Source: a virus
Lineage: Duplodnaviria > Caudoviricetes
Virus record (IMG/VR): IMGVR_UViG_3300021373_000228
Span: 1 to 51,152 of that record
Length of the DNA: 51,152 nucleotides
Strand: one strand, 5' to 3'
Part shown: positions 25,627 through 34,313 of the stretch, piece after piece
How the letters are laid out: each line of letters starts with the position of its first letter
Numbering within the stretch: the stretch's first letter is position 1
Program-made: the position numbers and the translations under genes
Notes under the pieces: model-generated
What the model was told of the DNA's origin: nothing
Seen by the model: only the letters and a program-made list of their open reading frames with translations
Databases searched by the model: none

Positions 25627-27327
25627 ATGGCAGGATATTCAAGACAGGACACCAATAACAATATTGCCAATGGTAACGTTATTGATGCAGATGATCTAGA
25701 CAATGAGTTTAACGCTATTGAGGATGCATTTAATGCCTCAACAGGTCACAACCACGATGGTAGTGCAGGTGGTGGTGCGACTATTAATAGTCTTGGGCCT
25801 AGTTCAGATTTTGTTGTTAGTGCAACAGAGATTAAAGGTAAGACAGCAAACACACTAGATGTTGGTACTTCTAGTACACCTTTTAAAGATGGTCACTTTG
25901 ATGGCACTCTTAATACAGACATTCTAAGCGTTGATGAAACATCTACTTTTACAGGCGCTGCAACTTTTAGTGGCGGTATTACAGGTGATGTAACGGGCGA
26001 TCTTACTGGTGATATTAAAAATGCTGATGGTACTGTTGTAGTAGATGTAGGCACAGATGCAGTAGCTGCTGTGTTAACAGGTAATGTAACAGGCAATCTT
26101 ACAGGTGATGTACTTAACTCAGATGCTACAACTGTTTTAGATGTAGGTTCTGATCTTGTAACAGCAACATTTACAGGTAACGTCACAGGTAATGCAGATA
26201 CAGCAGATGCTTGGTCTACAGGCCGCACAGTGACATTTGCTACAGGTGATGTAACAGGTTCATTTACTATTGATGGTAGTGCTGATGTAACAGATGTTGA
26301 TCTTTCTGTAGCATCTAGCCTAACTACTGATCTAGTAGGTGATGTATATGCATCTGACGGTACAAGCAAGATACTAGAGTCTGGTACAGATGGTACAGAT
26401 GCTGTATTAACAGGTACAGTTTCTTCACTATCAAACCATAACACAGATAACCTATCTGAAGGTACAACTAACGTATATTATACAGATGCACGTGTAGATA
26501 CACACCTTAACACAGGAACAGCTACCAGCAGCCAATTATTAAGCTGGACAGGTACAGATTATGATTGGATTGATGCAGGTGCATCAGCTAACTATTATGT
26601 AGATGGTGCGTCATGGGATGTTCAGACAGGTGTACTAACACTACAAGTAAATGGCACAACAAATGTTACAGTTGATCTAGATGGGCGTTACGCTGAAGGT
26701 ACTATCCCTACTGACAACAACCAATTAGCAAATGGTGCTGGCTACGCCACTACCGCACAAGTACCGTCTGACAACAACCAATTACAAAATGGTGCAGGAT
26801 ATGTAACTTCTTCACAAGTAGGAACTATCCCTACTGATAACAGTCAATTAACTAATGGTTCTAACTACGCTACCACATCACAAATTCCATCAGTACCAAC
26901 CAACAACGTCCAATTAAGTAATGGTGCTAACTACGCTACTACATCACAAATTCCAAGTAATAATACCCAATTAAGTAACGGGCGCAGCTACGCCACCACA
27001 TCACAAGTTCCAACCAACAACGCCCAATTAAGTAATGGCGCTGGTTACATCACTAGTGCAACACCCCCGACTACAGCGGGTGCCGTAGGTACATACGCCT
27101 TGATGAGATGGAGGGGCGTAGGTGTTACTTTTGGCACTACCAAATCTGGCTCTACCCTATACCCTGCTGCTGGCTATGGTAGCAATTCTTACGTTCCAAA
27201 TGCTCCGTGGAATGGTGATTGGACAACAACTGCTCAGTCAGGCACATGGAGACACATGGGTTGGGCGGGCTTAAGCAATAGTTCGGATGTGACCCGCTAT
27301 GGTTTATTTATTAAGATTTCCTCATAA
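25627..27327 (+). CDS. Tail fibre protein
   Basis: N-terminal LDNEFNAI..TGHNHDG anchor; GDVTGDLTG repeats; IPTDNNQLANGAGY repeats; chaperone gene follows. Confidence 0.85.
   Translation: MAGYSRQDTNNNIANGNVIDADDLDNEFNAIEDAFNASTGHNHDGSAGGGATINSLGPSSDFVVSATEIKGKTANTLDVGTSSTPFKDGHFDGTLNTDILSVDETSTFTGAATFSGGITGDVTGDLTGDIKNADGTVVVDVGTDAVAAVLTGNVTGNLTGDVLNSDATTVLDVGSDLVTATFTGNVTGNADTADAWSTGRTVTFATGDVTGSFTIDGSADVTDVDLSVASSLTTDLVGDVYASDGTSKILESGTDGTDAVLTGTVSSLSNHNTDNLSEGTTNVYYTDARVDTHLNTGTATSSQLLSWTGTDYDWIDAGASANYYVDGASWDVQTGVLTLQVNGTTNVTVDLDGRYAEGTIPTDNNQLANGAGYATTAQVPSDNNQLQNGAGYVTSSQVGTIPTDNSQLTNGSNYATTSQIPSVPTNNVQLSNGANYATTSQIPSNNTQLSNGRSYATTSQVPTNNAQLSNGAGYITSATPPTTAGAVGTYALMRWRGVGVTFGTTKSGSTLYPAAGYGSNSYVPNAPWNGDWTTTAQSGTWRHMGWAGLSNSSDVTRYGLFIKISS
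26704..27056 (+). repeat. Six tandem 19-22 aa repeats in the tail fibre
   Basis: [IV]P[TS][DN]NxQLxNGxxYxTxxQ. Confidence 0.85.
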
Positions 27328-27345
27328 GGATAGGCAGTTACTATT

Positions 27346-27771
27346 ATGACTATTGAAACTATTGAAATCACAGAGTACCGCAACGCGGTAGCATTAGACG
27401 CAAACGCTGACCGCATGGACGTTGAGATAAACCACCCAGAACATGGTTGGATACCTTACACAATGGATGCAAGTGTATCTGAGCCTTCAGTTAATCATGC
27501 TTTATTACGTTCCCTCATAGGTTCAGACTACAGTGCCTACGTGGCCCCTACCCAAGCAGAACTAGATGCAGAAGCTGAATTAGAAGTACGAGCAGAAAGA
27601 GATTATAGACTACTAACAGAGGTAGACCCATTGGTATCCAACCCTCTGCGCTGGGGCGATCTTACGGAAGCTAAACAAGCTGAATGGACTACATACAGAA
27701 CTGATTTATTAAATATCCCACAGCAGGCAGGGTTTCCAAATACAATCACTTGGCCTACTAAACCAGAGTAA
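27346..27771 (+). CDS. Tail fibre assembly chaperone
   Basis: EINHPEHGWIPYT; RAERDYRL...W..YRTDLLNIPQQAGFP..I.WPTKP. Confidence 0.85.
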   Translation: MTIETIEITEYRNAVALDANADRMDVEINHPEHGWIPYTMDASVSEPSVNHALLRSLIGSDYSAYVAPTQAELDAEAELEVRAERDYRLLTEVDPLVSNPLRWGDLTEAKQAEWTTYRTDLLNIPQQAGFPNTITWPTKPE

Positions 27772-27776
27772 GATAA

Positions 27777-28028
27777 ATGTCTAACATACCACCAGAAGAA
27801 CTAGAGGCTATGCTTGATCGTGCAGCTAGACGTGGCGCTAAAGAAGCTTTACGTTCTATTGGTTTGTTAGATGATGACGCGCACAAAGATATTACAGAGA
27901 TGCGTGGTTTATTAGAAGCATATAGAGATACAAAGAAAAGCGTATGGATTACAGTAGTACGTATTACAACAATTGCATTGCTATCATTTGTAGCAGCATC
28001 TGTTTGGATGCAGATAGGGAATAAATAA
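27777..28028 (+). CDS. DUF6127-like membrane protein
   Basis: ELEAMLDRAARRGAKEALRSIGL..A..DI.E.R.LL plus C-terminal TM helix. Confidence 0.65.
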   Translation: MSNIPPEELEAMLDRAARRGAKEALRSIGLLDDDAHKDITEMRGLLEAYRDTKKSVWITVVRITTIALLSFVAASVWMQIGNK

Positions 28029-28030
28029 TT

Positions 28031-30250
28031 ATGGCTAAGAAGTTTGCAGGGTTTACACCAGACCAGCTAGGTAAAATTGATCCTTCTCTGCAGGGTAAAC
28101 AGAGTGATGAACAGAATGCTATCATTGCTGCTAACCCAGCGCTTGCTGCACGTGTAGGTAAAATGGCTATGGTTGCACAAAAGCGTATCAATATGGCTTA
28201 CGGTGGTATGGTTAAGAAGGGCTTTAACACTGGTGGTATGTCATTAGAAGAGATACAGGCTCAAAATGAAGCAGCCGCAAGAGATCGTATTCTTAATGAC
28301 GGTGACCCTAGCAATGATTACTTAGCTGCAGGCGCTACAGGTTCTACAGGTGGTGGCTCCACAGGTGGTGGCTCTACAGGTGGTGGCTATAGTCAGGCTG
28401 ATATAGATGCGGCTCAACAACGTTTAGCAGATGCACAACAAAGACTAAATGACGCTATGGCTGCATCACAGGCTAACCCTGAAGATGAGGCTTTAGCCCA
28501 AGCTGTTACACAAGCACAGGCAGATGTTGCTGCTGCACAGGCTGCACTTAATAATATTACTTCTGGGTTTGAAGCGGTAAATGTCCCAAGCCCCGGAGAG
28601 GTACGTGATACTCTGCTAAACGATCCCGGCAGTGTAACAACAACTGCTGATGTAGAAACTACTACTGAGGAACAAAAAGAAGCAGGCACCATTGAAGAGG
28701 GTACTGGTCAGGTAGACACAAAAACAGAAGCAGATGTTACAACAGTTGATACTACTAAAACAGTAGATCAGCCTGATAAAATAACAACAGAGACATACGA
28801 GCCTTTAGAGATTTCTGCTGATGTTGAAGACATCATGGAACGCCTTGAAGAGGTTACAGGTGAGGTAGGTGAGAACGCTCTAGTAAAAGCTCAAACTATG
28901 TCACCAGACGAGTTAGCTCAGCTTGGTCTAACTGCTGCTCAGATTGAGAAAGCGCAGACAGTACAGGGTGCGCCTACTCGTGTAGTAGAGGAAGGTGAGC
29001 TTATTGATGGTTCTACTGTCGATATGGATCGCGTCAAGAAAGAGACAAACTTTGAGGCAGCTACTGGACAGCCCTCTGAAAATGCTACGGTACAAGGCCA
29101 ACTTAATCAGTTAATGGCAGATTTTGAGGGTACTAACCCTCCACCTTGGGCTGCAGGTGCATTACGTGCTGCTGCTGCAATGATGGCTTCACGTGGTCTT
29201 AGCGCTTCCTCTATGGCAGGACAGGCTGCAGTACAGGCTGCTATGGAAGCTGCTCTACCCATCGCTAATGCTGATGCACAGACGTTTGCTAGATTTGAAT
29301 CACAAAACCTAAGCAACCGTCAGCAGGCTGCTATGTTTGCAGCAGAACAACGTGCTAAATTCCTTGGCCTAGAGTTCACACAAGATTTCCAAACTAAGGT
29401 TGCTAACGCTGCTAAGATCAGTGACATTGCTAACATGAACTTTACTGCTGAACAGCAGGTAGCGCTAGAAAATGCACGGCTTGCACAGTCTGTTGACCTA
29501 GCTAATCTACAAGCTGCTAACGCTAAGGTTCTTGCTGATGCTGCAGCTATGACACAGTTAGACCTAACTAACCTAACTAATCTGCAGCAGGCAGAAGTTC
29601 AAAACGCTAAAGCATTCCTACAGATGGATTTAACTAATCTTAGTTACCAACAGCAGGATAAGTTATTTAAAGCCCAATCTATGGTAAAAGCTATGTTGTC
29701 TGATCAGGCTGCTACAAATGCTGCTAATCAATTTAATGCAGCTAGTGAAAATCAGACAAATCAATTTATGGCTAACCTGACATCACAGATTAGTATGTTT
29801 AACACAGAACAGTCTAATTTAATGGAGCAATTTAACGCGGGGCAAACTAATGCTATGTCCCAGTTTAATGCTAACCTTGAAGCTGCTCGTGAACAGTTTA
29901 ACGCAACTAACTCTCTTGTGATTGCCCAAGCAAACGCTAACTGGGCGCAATCATACACGTTAGCAGATAATGCAGCTATTAATGCAGCAAACCGTGATGC
30001 GGCTTTGTTTACAAATGAACTAACAATGGCAGGCTACAATAACATCTTGCAGTATGAGCGTGACTCTATTAGCTACGCATTTAAAGCTTATCAGAATGAG
30101 TTGCAACGTGAGCTACAGCTTCTTCTTGAGCAGATGCGTAAAGATGTTGATCTTGCTAAGGCACAAGCAGAAATTGATATGTCGGCAGGACAATCACGTG
30201 GTGCTATAGAACAGATTATATTCAATAAAGTGCTTGATTGGGCGTTCTAA
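28031..30250 (+). CDS. Internal virion (ejection) protein
   Basis: Ala/Gln/Asn-rich helical; NQFNA repeats; STGGG repeats at ~28340-28387. Confidence 0.75.
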   Translation: MAKKFAGFTPDQLGKIDPSLQGKQSDEQNAIIAANPALAARVGKMAMVAQKRINMAYGGMVKKGFNTGGMSLEEIQAQNEAAARDRILNDGDPSNDYLAAGATGSTGGGSTGGGSTGGGYSQADIDAAQQRLADAQQRLNDAMAASQANPEDEALAQAVTQAQADVAAAQAALNNITSGFEAVNVPSPGEVRDTLLNDPGSVTTTADVETTTEEQKEAGTIEEGTGQVDTKTEADVTTVDTTKTVDQPDKITTETYEPLEISADVEDIMERLEEVTGEVGENALVKAQTMSPDELAQLGLTAAQIEKAQTVQGAPTRVVEEGELIDGSTVDMDRVKKETNFEAATGQPSENATVQGQLNQLMADFEGTNPPPWAAGALRAAAAMMASRGLSASSMAGQAAVQAAMEAALPIANADAQTFARFESQNLSNRQQAAMFAAEQRAKFLGLEFTQDFQTKVANAAKISDIANMNFTAEQQVALENARLAQSVDLANLQAANAKVLADAAAMTQLDLTNLTNLQQAEVQNAKAFLQMDLTNLSYQQQDKLFKAQSMVKAMLSDQAATNAANQFNAASENQTNQFMANLTSQISMFNTEQSNLMEQFNAGQTNAMSQFNANLEAAREQFNATNSLVIAQANANWAQSYTLADNAAINAANRDAALFTNELTMAGYNNILQYERDSISYAFKAYQNELQRELQLLLEQMRKDVDLAKAQAEIDMSAGQSRGAIEQIIFNKVLDWAF

Positions 30251-30269
30251 TTTAATTGGGGTAATAATA

Positions 30270-31301
30270 ATGGCAGGGTTTTTTGAATCTGCGCAAGATG
30301 TTTATAAAATGCAGACACAGGCTATTGAGTCTTTAGCTAATTCTAAAGAGGTGGCTGCAGATGGTATTATGTCTAATGCTGCAGAAGAAAAGGATGACGG
30401 TGTATTAGGTTCTCTTAAATCATTTGTTAATGATATCAGAGCATCTCGTGAAAAGAGTAGACAAGAGGCTGCTGAAGAACCAGTTGTACCTCAAACAAAA
30501 CCTAAGCCTCTTATTTCACAAGAGAGCGTTGATGCATTTATGAATGAGACAAAACTCCGTTATCCAAATATGGTAGATAAGGCACCTAATAAGCCTCTAG
30601 ATTTTAGTGATGCGGCTGTTGAAAAGCAAGAAGCTACTAAGCCTGAATATCAGCCAAATGAAAAGATAGGTAACGCCCGTACTGAAGATCGTATGGGCTT
30701 AATGAGTCAGGACACAGTTGATGAAGAAACGACTACTACTACTGACAGCAGTACTAGCTCTGATACCCCTAGCCTCATGGAACCCCCAGCCAAAAAAGTA
30801 ACTAGTCTAGAGATTGTTAATGGGTCACGTGCAGACTATGCCCCTACTGCAGACATGCCAAACATATCTCTAGATTTTAATTCTTTTAAAGGTGCTAAAG
30901 GTACAGAGGTTATTATACCAGATAATGCCACACCAGAAGTACGTGCTGCTGCAGAAAAGTTTAATCAGTTAGTTGTAGAATTTGCTGCTAAACATGGTTA
31001 TGAGAACTATAAAAATCGCGGCGTAAAAACAAGAAGCGAAAATAAGCGTGGTGTGTCTAACACTATTCATTTAGAGCCTTTCTTTACACAAGACGCAAAG
31101 ATAGAAGCCATCATTAATGATAACATGGATGAGTTTGCACAGATTTATAAAACAGCATTTGAAGGTGTTACAGGCCGCATGGTATTACCACACGGTGTTA
31201 AAAACTCCAAAGGTATACAAGATAGAGGCGCTGTATCTAAAACATTTGGAGATGAATACTCTTTTGGTGAGATGATTATCTCAAGATTGTTAGGTGAGTA
31301 A
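30270..31301 (+). CDS. Putative virion protein with C-terminal amidase_3-like domain (permuted)
   Basis: ISLDFNS..GTEV..NRGVK..IHLEPFF..HG..DRGAV..E; ATG at 30270. Confidence 0.6.
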   Translation: MAGFFESAQDVYKMQTQAIESLANSKEVAADGIMSNAAEEKDDGVLGSLKSFVNDIRASREKSRQEAAEEPVVPQTKPKPLISQESVDAFMNETKLRYPNMVDKAPNKPLDFSDAAVEKQEATKPEYQPNEKIGNARTEDRMGLMSQDTVDEETTTTTDSSTSSDTPSLMEPPAKKVTSLEIVNGSRADYAPTADMPNISLDFNSFKGAKGTEVIIPDNATPEVRAAAEKFNQLVVEFAAKHGYENYKNRGVKTRSENKRGVSNTIHLEPFFTQDAKIEAIINDNMDEFAQIYKTAFEGVTGRMVLPHGVKNSKGIQDRGAVSKTFGDEYSFGEMIISRLLGE

Positions 31302-31744
31302 TGTTTGGTTTACCCCTAGAACTAGTCACAATGTTGTTCTCCACCGTCTTAGGTGGAGTCATGTCTATTTGGGGTCAATCCATCAAGGCCCGACAAGCAG
31401 AGCAAAAGATGCTGCTGCAACGTGCAGAGTTTAATCGCAGTGCTGTAGCTGATGCGCGTGAAGCAGGTAAGGATGATAAACACTTTGCATGGACACGTAG
31501 ACTAATAGCTCTATCTGCTGTGTTCTCAATTATCGTATTGCCAAAGCTAGTCGCTGTATGGTATCCTGATGTTAGCGTTTATGTAGGATATACAGAGGTT
31601 CAAGGTGGTTTCATGAACTGGTTATTTGGACCAGAGGAAGCTGTGCAATGGAAAATGGCACGAGGCTTTGTTATCACTCCACTAGATACACACATTGTTT
31701 CCGCTATTGTGGGATTATACTTCGGCGCAGGATTTACTAAATAG
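31301..31744 (+). CDS. Membrane protein, holin candidate
   Basis: 2-3 hydrophobic segments; WTRR and IVGLYFG; adjacent to the amidase-like gene. Confidence 0.55.
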   Translation: MFGLPLELVTMLFSTVLGGVMSIWGQSIKARQAEQKMLLQRAEFNRSAVADAREAGKDDKHFAWTRRLIALSAVFSIIVLPKLVAVWYPDVSVYVGYTEVQGGFMNWLFGPEEAVQWKMARGFVITPLDTHIVSAIVGLYFGAGFTK

Positions 31745-31752
31745 GTTATATT

Positions 31753-32289
31753 ATGGACTCTAAAGATATTCAATCACAGGTTTTTTCTGGCCCTGTTCCC
31801 GGCCACTCTCTTACAGATGAACCCGGTGCATTTCCTTGGGAACAGCCACCTATGTACAATGAAGTAGACGATGTACGTAATTATTATACTAAGAAGATCG
31901 CTGATGAAGAGGTTAGTGATAACTTATTAGATATGATGGATTTAGGTATTCCTATTAGTGTTATCTCTGGTTCAATGCTAAGTAAGGGTATCATGGATGG
32001 TATCCATACTGTAGATGTTAAACTTATTCTACAGCCTCAGATTGGTGTGCTTCTTAAGAATATGGCTGAAGAGGCAGGTATTTCGTATAAAGAAACTATG
32101 AATGATTATATTGATGAAAACCCTGCTAAAGAGCGTAAAAATAGAATGAAGTTAGCAGCTAAACTTGCCATCAGACAATCTCAGCGTGGTAAAGATGAAG
32201 GTGACATGATTCAAGAGGTCGTAGCAGAAGAGATCGTGGAAGAGCCACAAGAACAAGAAGAGCCTAAGGGCTTGATGGCTAAGGAGTAA
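31753..32289 (+). CDS. Hypothetical (virion-associated) protein
   Basis: PVPGHSLTDEPGAFPWEQPP motif. Confidence 0.7.
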   Translation: MDSKDIQSQVFSGPVPGHSLTDEPGAFPWEQPPMYNEVDDVRNYYTKKIADEEVSDNLLDMMDLGIPISVISGSMLSKGIMDGIHTVDVKLILQPQIGVLLKNMAEEAGISYKETMNDYIDENPAKERKNRMKLAAKLAIRQSQRGKDEGDMIQEVVAEEIVEEPQEQEEPKGLMAKE

Positions 32290-32294
32290 ACACC

Positions 32295-34304
32295 ATGTTA
32301 AGAGGTGCATATGCAGCAGGTCGTGCTAAGGGTTTTACTGATTCTCTTGTTGCGGGTATAGAAAAGCGTGAAGAAGAACGTACTAAATATGTTGATCTAG
32401 CCATTGATAGTGCAAAACGTACAGCACCTAGATATGCTGCTGGCGAGGCTAATGCAAAACAAATAGAAGATATGATGTACCAAATGGAAGAGGATTTTGG
32501 TATAACTAATGAAGAGTTTATTGGATTAGTACAAAACTACGATATTAATAAAGTTTATGAAAATGTCTATGCAGCTAAAGCTGTAATGGAAAAGAATAAT
32601 ATTGCTGGTCAGATTGATAAGAGCTTAATCTTAGGTAGCCTTACTCTACCAGAGAAGATCAACTTAGGCGAAAATGTAGACCCAGCAAAAGCTCTACGTA
32701 TGATTTTAATGGGTGTATCTGCCCACACTGACCCAAACAATAAATCAGAATCACATAGAACAGGTGCTATTGGTAAAGCTATCTCTGATATGTTTGCATT
32801 GAACCCACGCCTGTCTGCAGAAGACATGATTAAGGGTATGCAGATAGCGGGTGTTCCTATTGAGCAGCTACAACAGTATGAAGCATCTGGTGGCATAAAG
32901 CAAACACCGTTCCCTCAATTAAAAGCATCTGGTCCTTTCCAAGGTGTTGAAATTGATTACACAGCAGATAACTTTAATACTACAAAGAATCGTTTTGCAT
33001 CTGTCTTCACTCGTTTAGGTACAGCCGGGCTAGCAAACGATGTAACAGGACTAGGAGAGCTTACACAAGAGCAGCTTGCTGCTACTGTATTTGGTAAAGG
33101 CAAAACTAAAGAACAGCTTTATGCTTTTGTTGATAATGCTGGTCTAACATTTGCTCGTTTAGAAAAAGCTCTTATTGCTAAAGGTCTAAATGTTGGTTTT
33201 GCAAACCGCAACTCTCGTATGGATGCAATGGGTGAAATTGCTAAACGCATTGGCGGTAACCCTACAGAAACACAAAAGTTTATGGCTATGGTAGCAGAAA
33301 GCCCTGCAGTAGCTGAGCGTATCGTTGAAGTGTATGGTAATGACCAGTATATCACTGATGAAGAGTTTGAATACATCATGTCTGGTGAGCGTACAACCAT
33401 TGATGATGGTGTGCCTGTAGTAGAAGCCCCTGATGGTGCAATGAAAGTAAAGCCAGAAGAGGCACCCTCTGTTACTGAGCAGACAGAAGAAGCACTTAAA
33501 GATTTCACTATGTCTCCAAATGAAGAGGAACAGCTAAGCGCTCAGGAGATTCCTACAATAGCTGATCCTGATGTACCGTCTTTACGTGAGGGTCCAGAGG
33601 GTCTGACTATGTTCCCAGACGTAGTACCACCACTAAACATTCCTGAAGATGTTATTAGTGAGGATACACTCTTTACTGCAAACCTTCGTAAGATTGCTGC
33701 ACAGAATGATATGACAGTAGATGAAATGTTAGGCACACCTGGTGGTGGACCACGTGCATTAGCTCTTCAAGCTATGAAGGATGCTTGGAAGCCTCAGATG
33801 GAGAAATACACTAAGGCTGAATGGAAAGCTATGGATAGAGATGAACGCAGAGATCGTGGTCTTCCAGTTCGTCCTATTGATATGTGGGCTGCAGGTTCTA
33901 GCAACTTCAAAGATCAAACACCTTGGTATGAAAAGTTCTCTTCACGAGATCAGGTGCAAGCAGGTGACGCTGGTAGCCGCCTAGATGCTGAAGGTAATGT
34001 TAAGCCTGACGTTAAAGCTGCAGAGGACGAAGACCTATTTGAGGATATTAATTCTGCAATTCTTGAAGCTGCACTAGAGGATAAACCTACATTTGCATCT
34101 ATCTTTGAGGCACGTGCATACTCTGAGCAGTGGTTAAAGAAAAACATCCCAGATTATGAAGAGTGGATGACAGAAACAGGCTATTCAATTGAGCGCATTG
34201 CATTGGATATGTTCAACGAACTAAAAGCTGTAGATACACCAACTACAACACCAAGTAATGTAGATTCTGAGGCGGCAAGCTTAGCAGACGAACTATTACA
34301 GTAA
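32295..34304 (+). CDS. Internal virion protein (probable)
   Basis: 669 aa helical protein in the ejection-protein block; SD AAGGAG. Confidence 0.65.
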   Translation: MLRGAYAAGRAKGFTDSLVAGIEKREEERTKYVDLAIDSAKRTAPRYAAGEANAKQIEDMMYQMEEDFGITNEEFIGLVQNYDINKVYENVYAAKAVMEKNNIAGQIDKSLILGSLTLPEKINLGENVDPAKALRMILMGVSAHTDPNNKSESHRTGAIGKAISDMFALNPRLSAEDMIKGMQIAGVPIEQLQQYEASGGIKQTPFPQLKASGPFQGVEIDYTADNFNTTKNRFASVFTRLGTAGLANDVTGLGELTQEQLAATVFGKGKTKEQLYAFVDNAGLTFARLEKALIAKGLNVGFANRNSRMDAMGEIAKRIGGNPTETQKFMAMVAESPAVAERIVEVYGNDQYITDEEFEYIMSGERTTIDDGVPVVEAPDGAMKVKPEEAPSVTEQTEEALKDFTMSPNEEEQLSAQEIPTIADPDVPSLREGPEGLTMFPDVVPPLNIPEDVISEDTLFTANLRKIAAQNDMTVDEMLGTPGGGPRALALQAMKDAWKPQMEKYTKAEWKAMDRDERRDRGLPVRPIDMWAAGSSNFKDQTPWYEKFSSRDQVQAGDAGSRLDAEGNVKPDVKAAEDEDLFEDINSAILEAALEDKPTFASIFEARAYSEQWLKKNIPDYEEWMTETGYSIERIALDMFNELKAVDTPTTTPSNVDSEAASLADELLQ

Positions 34305-34313
34305 GGAACGGCA

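Noticed and set aside
25627-27327. Diversity-generating retroelement acting on the fibre
   Set aside because: No reverse transcriptase and no template/variable repeat pair seen
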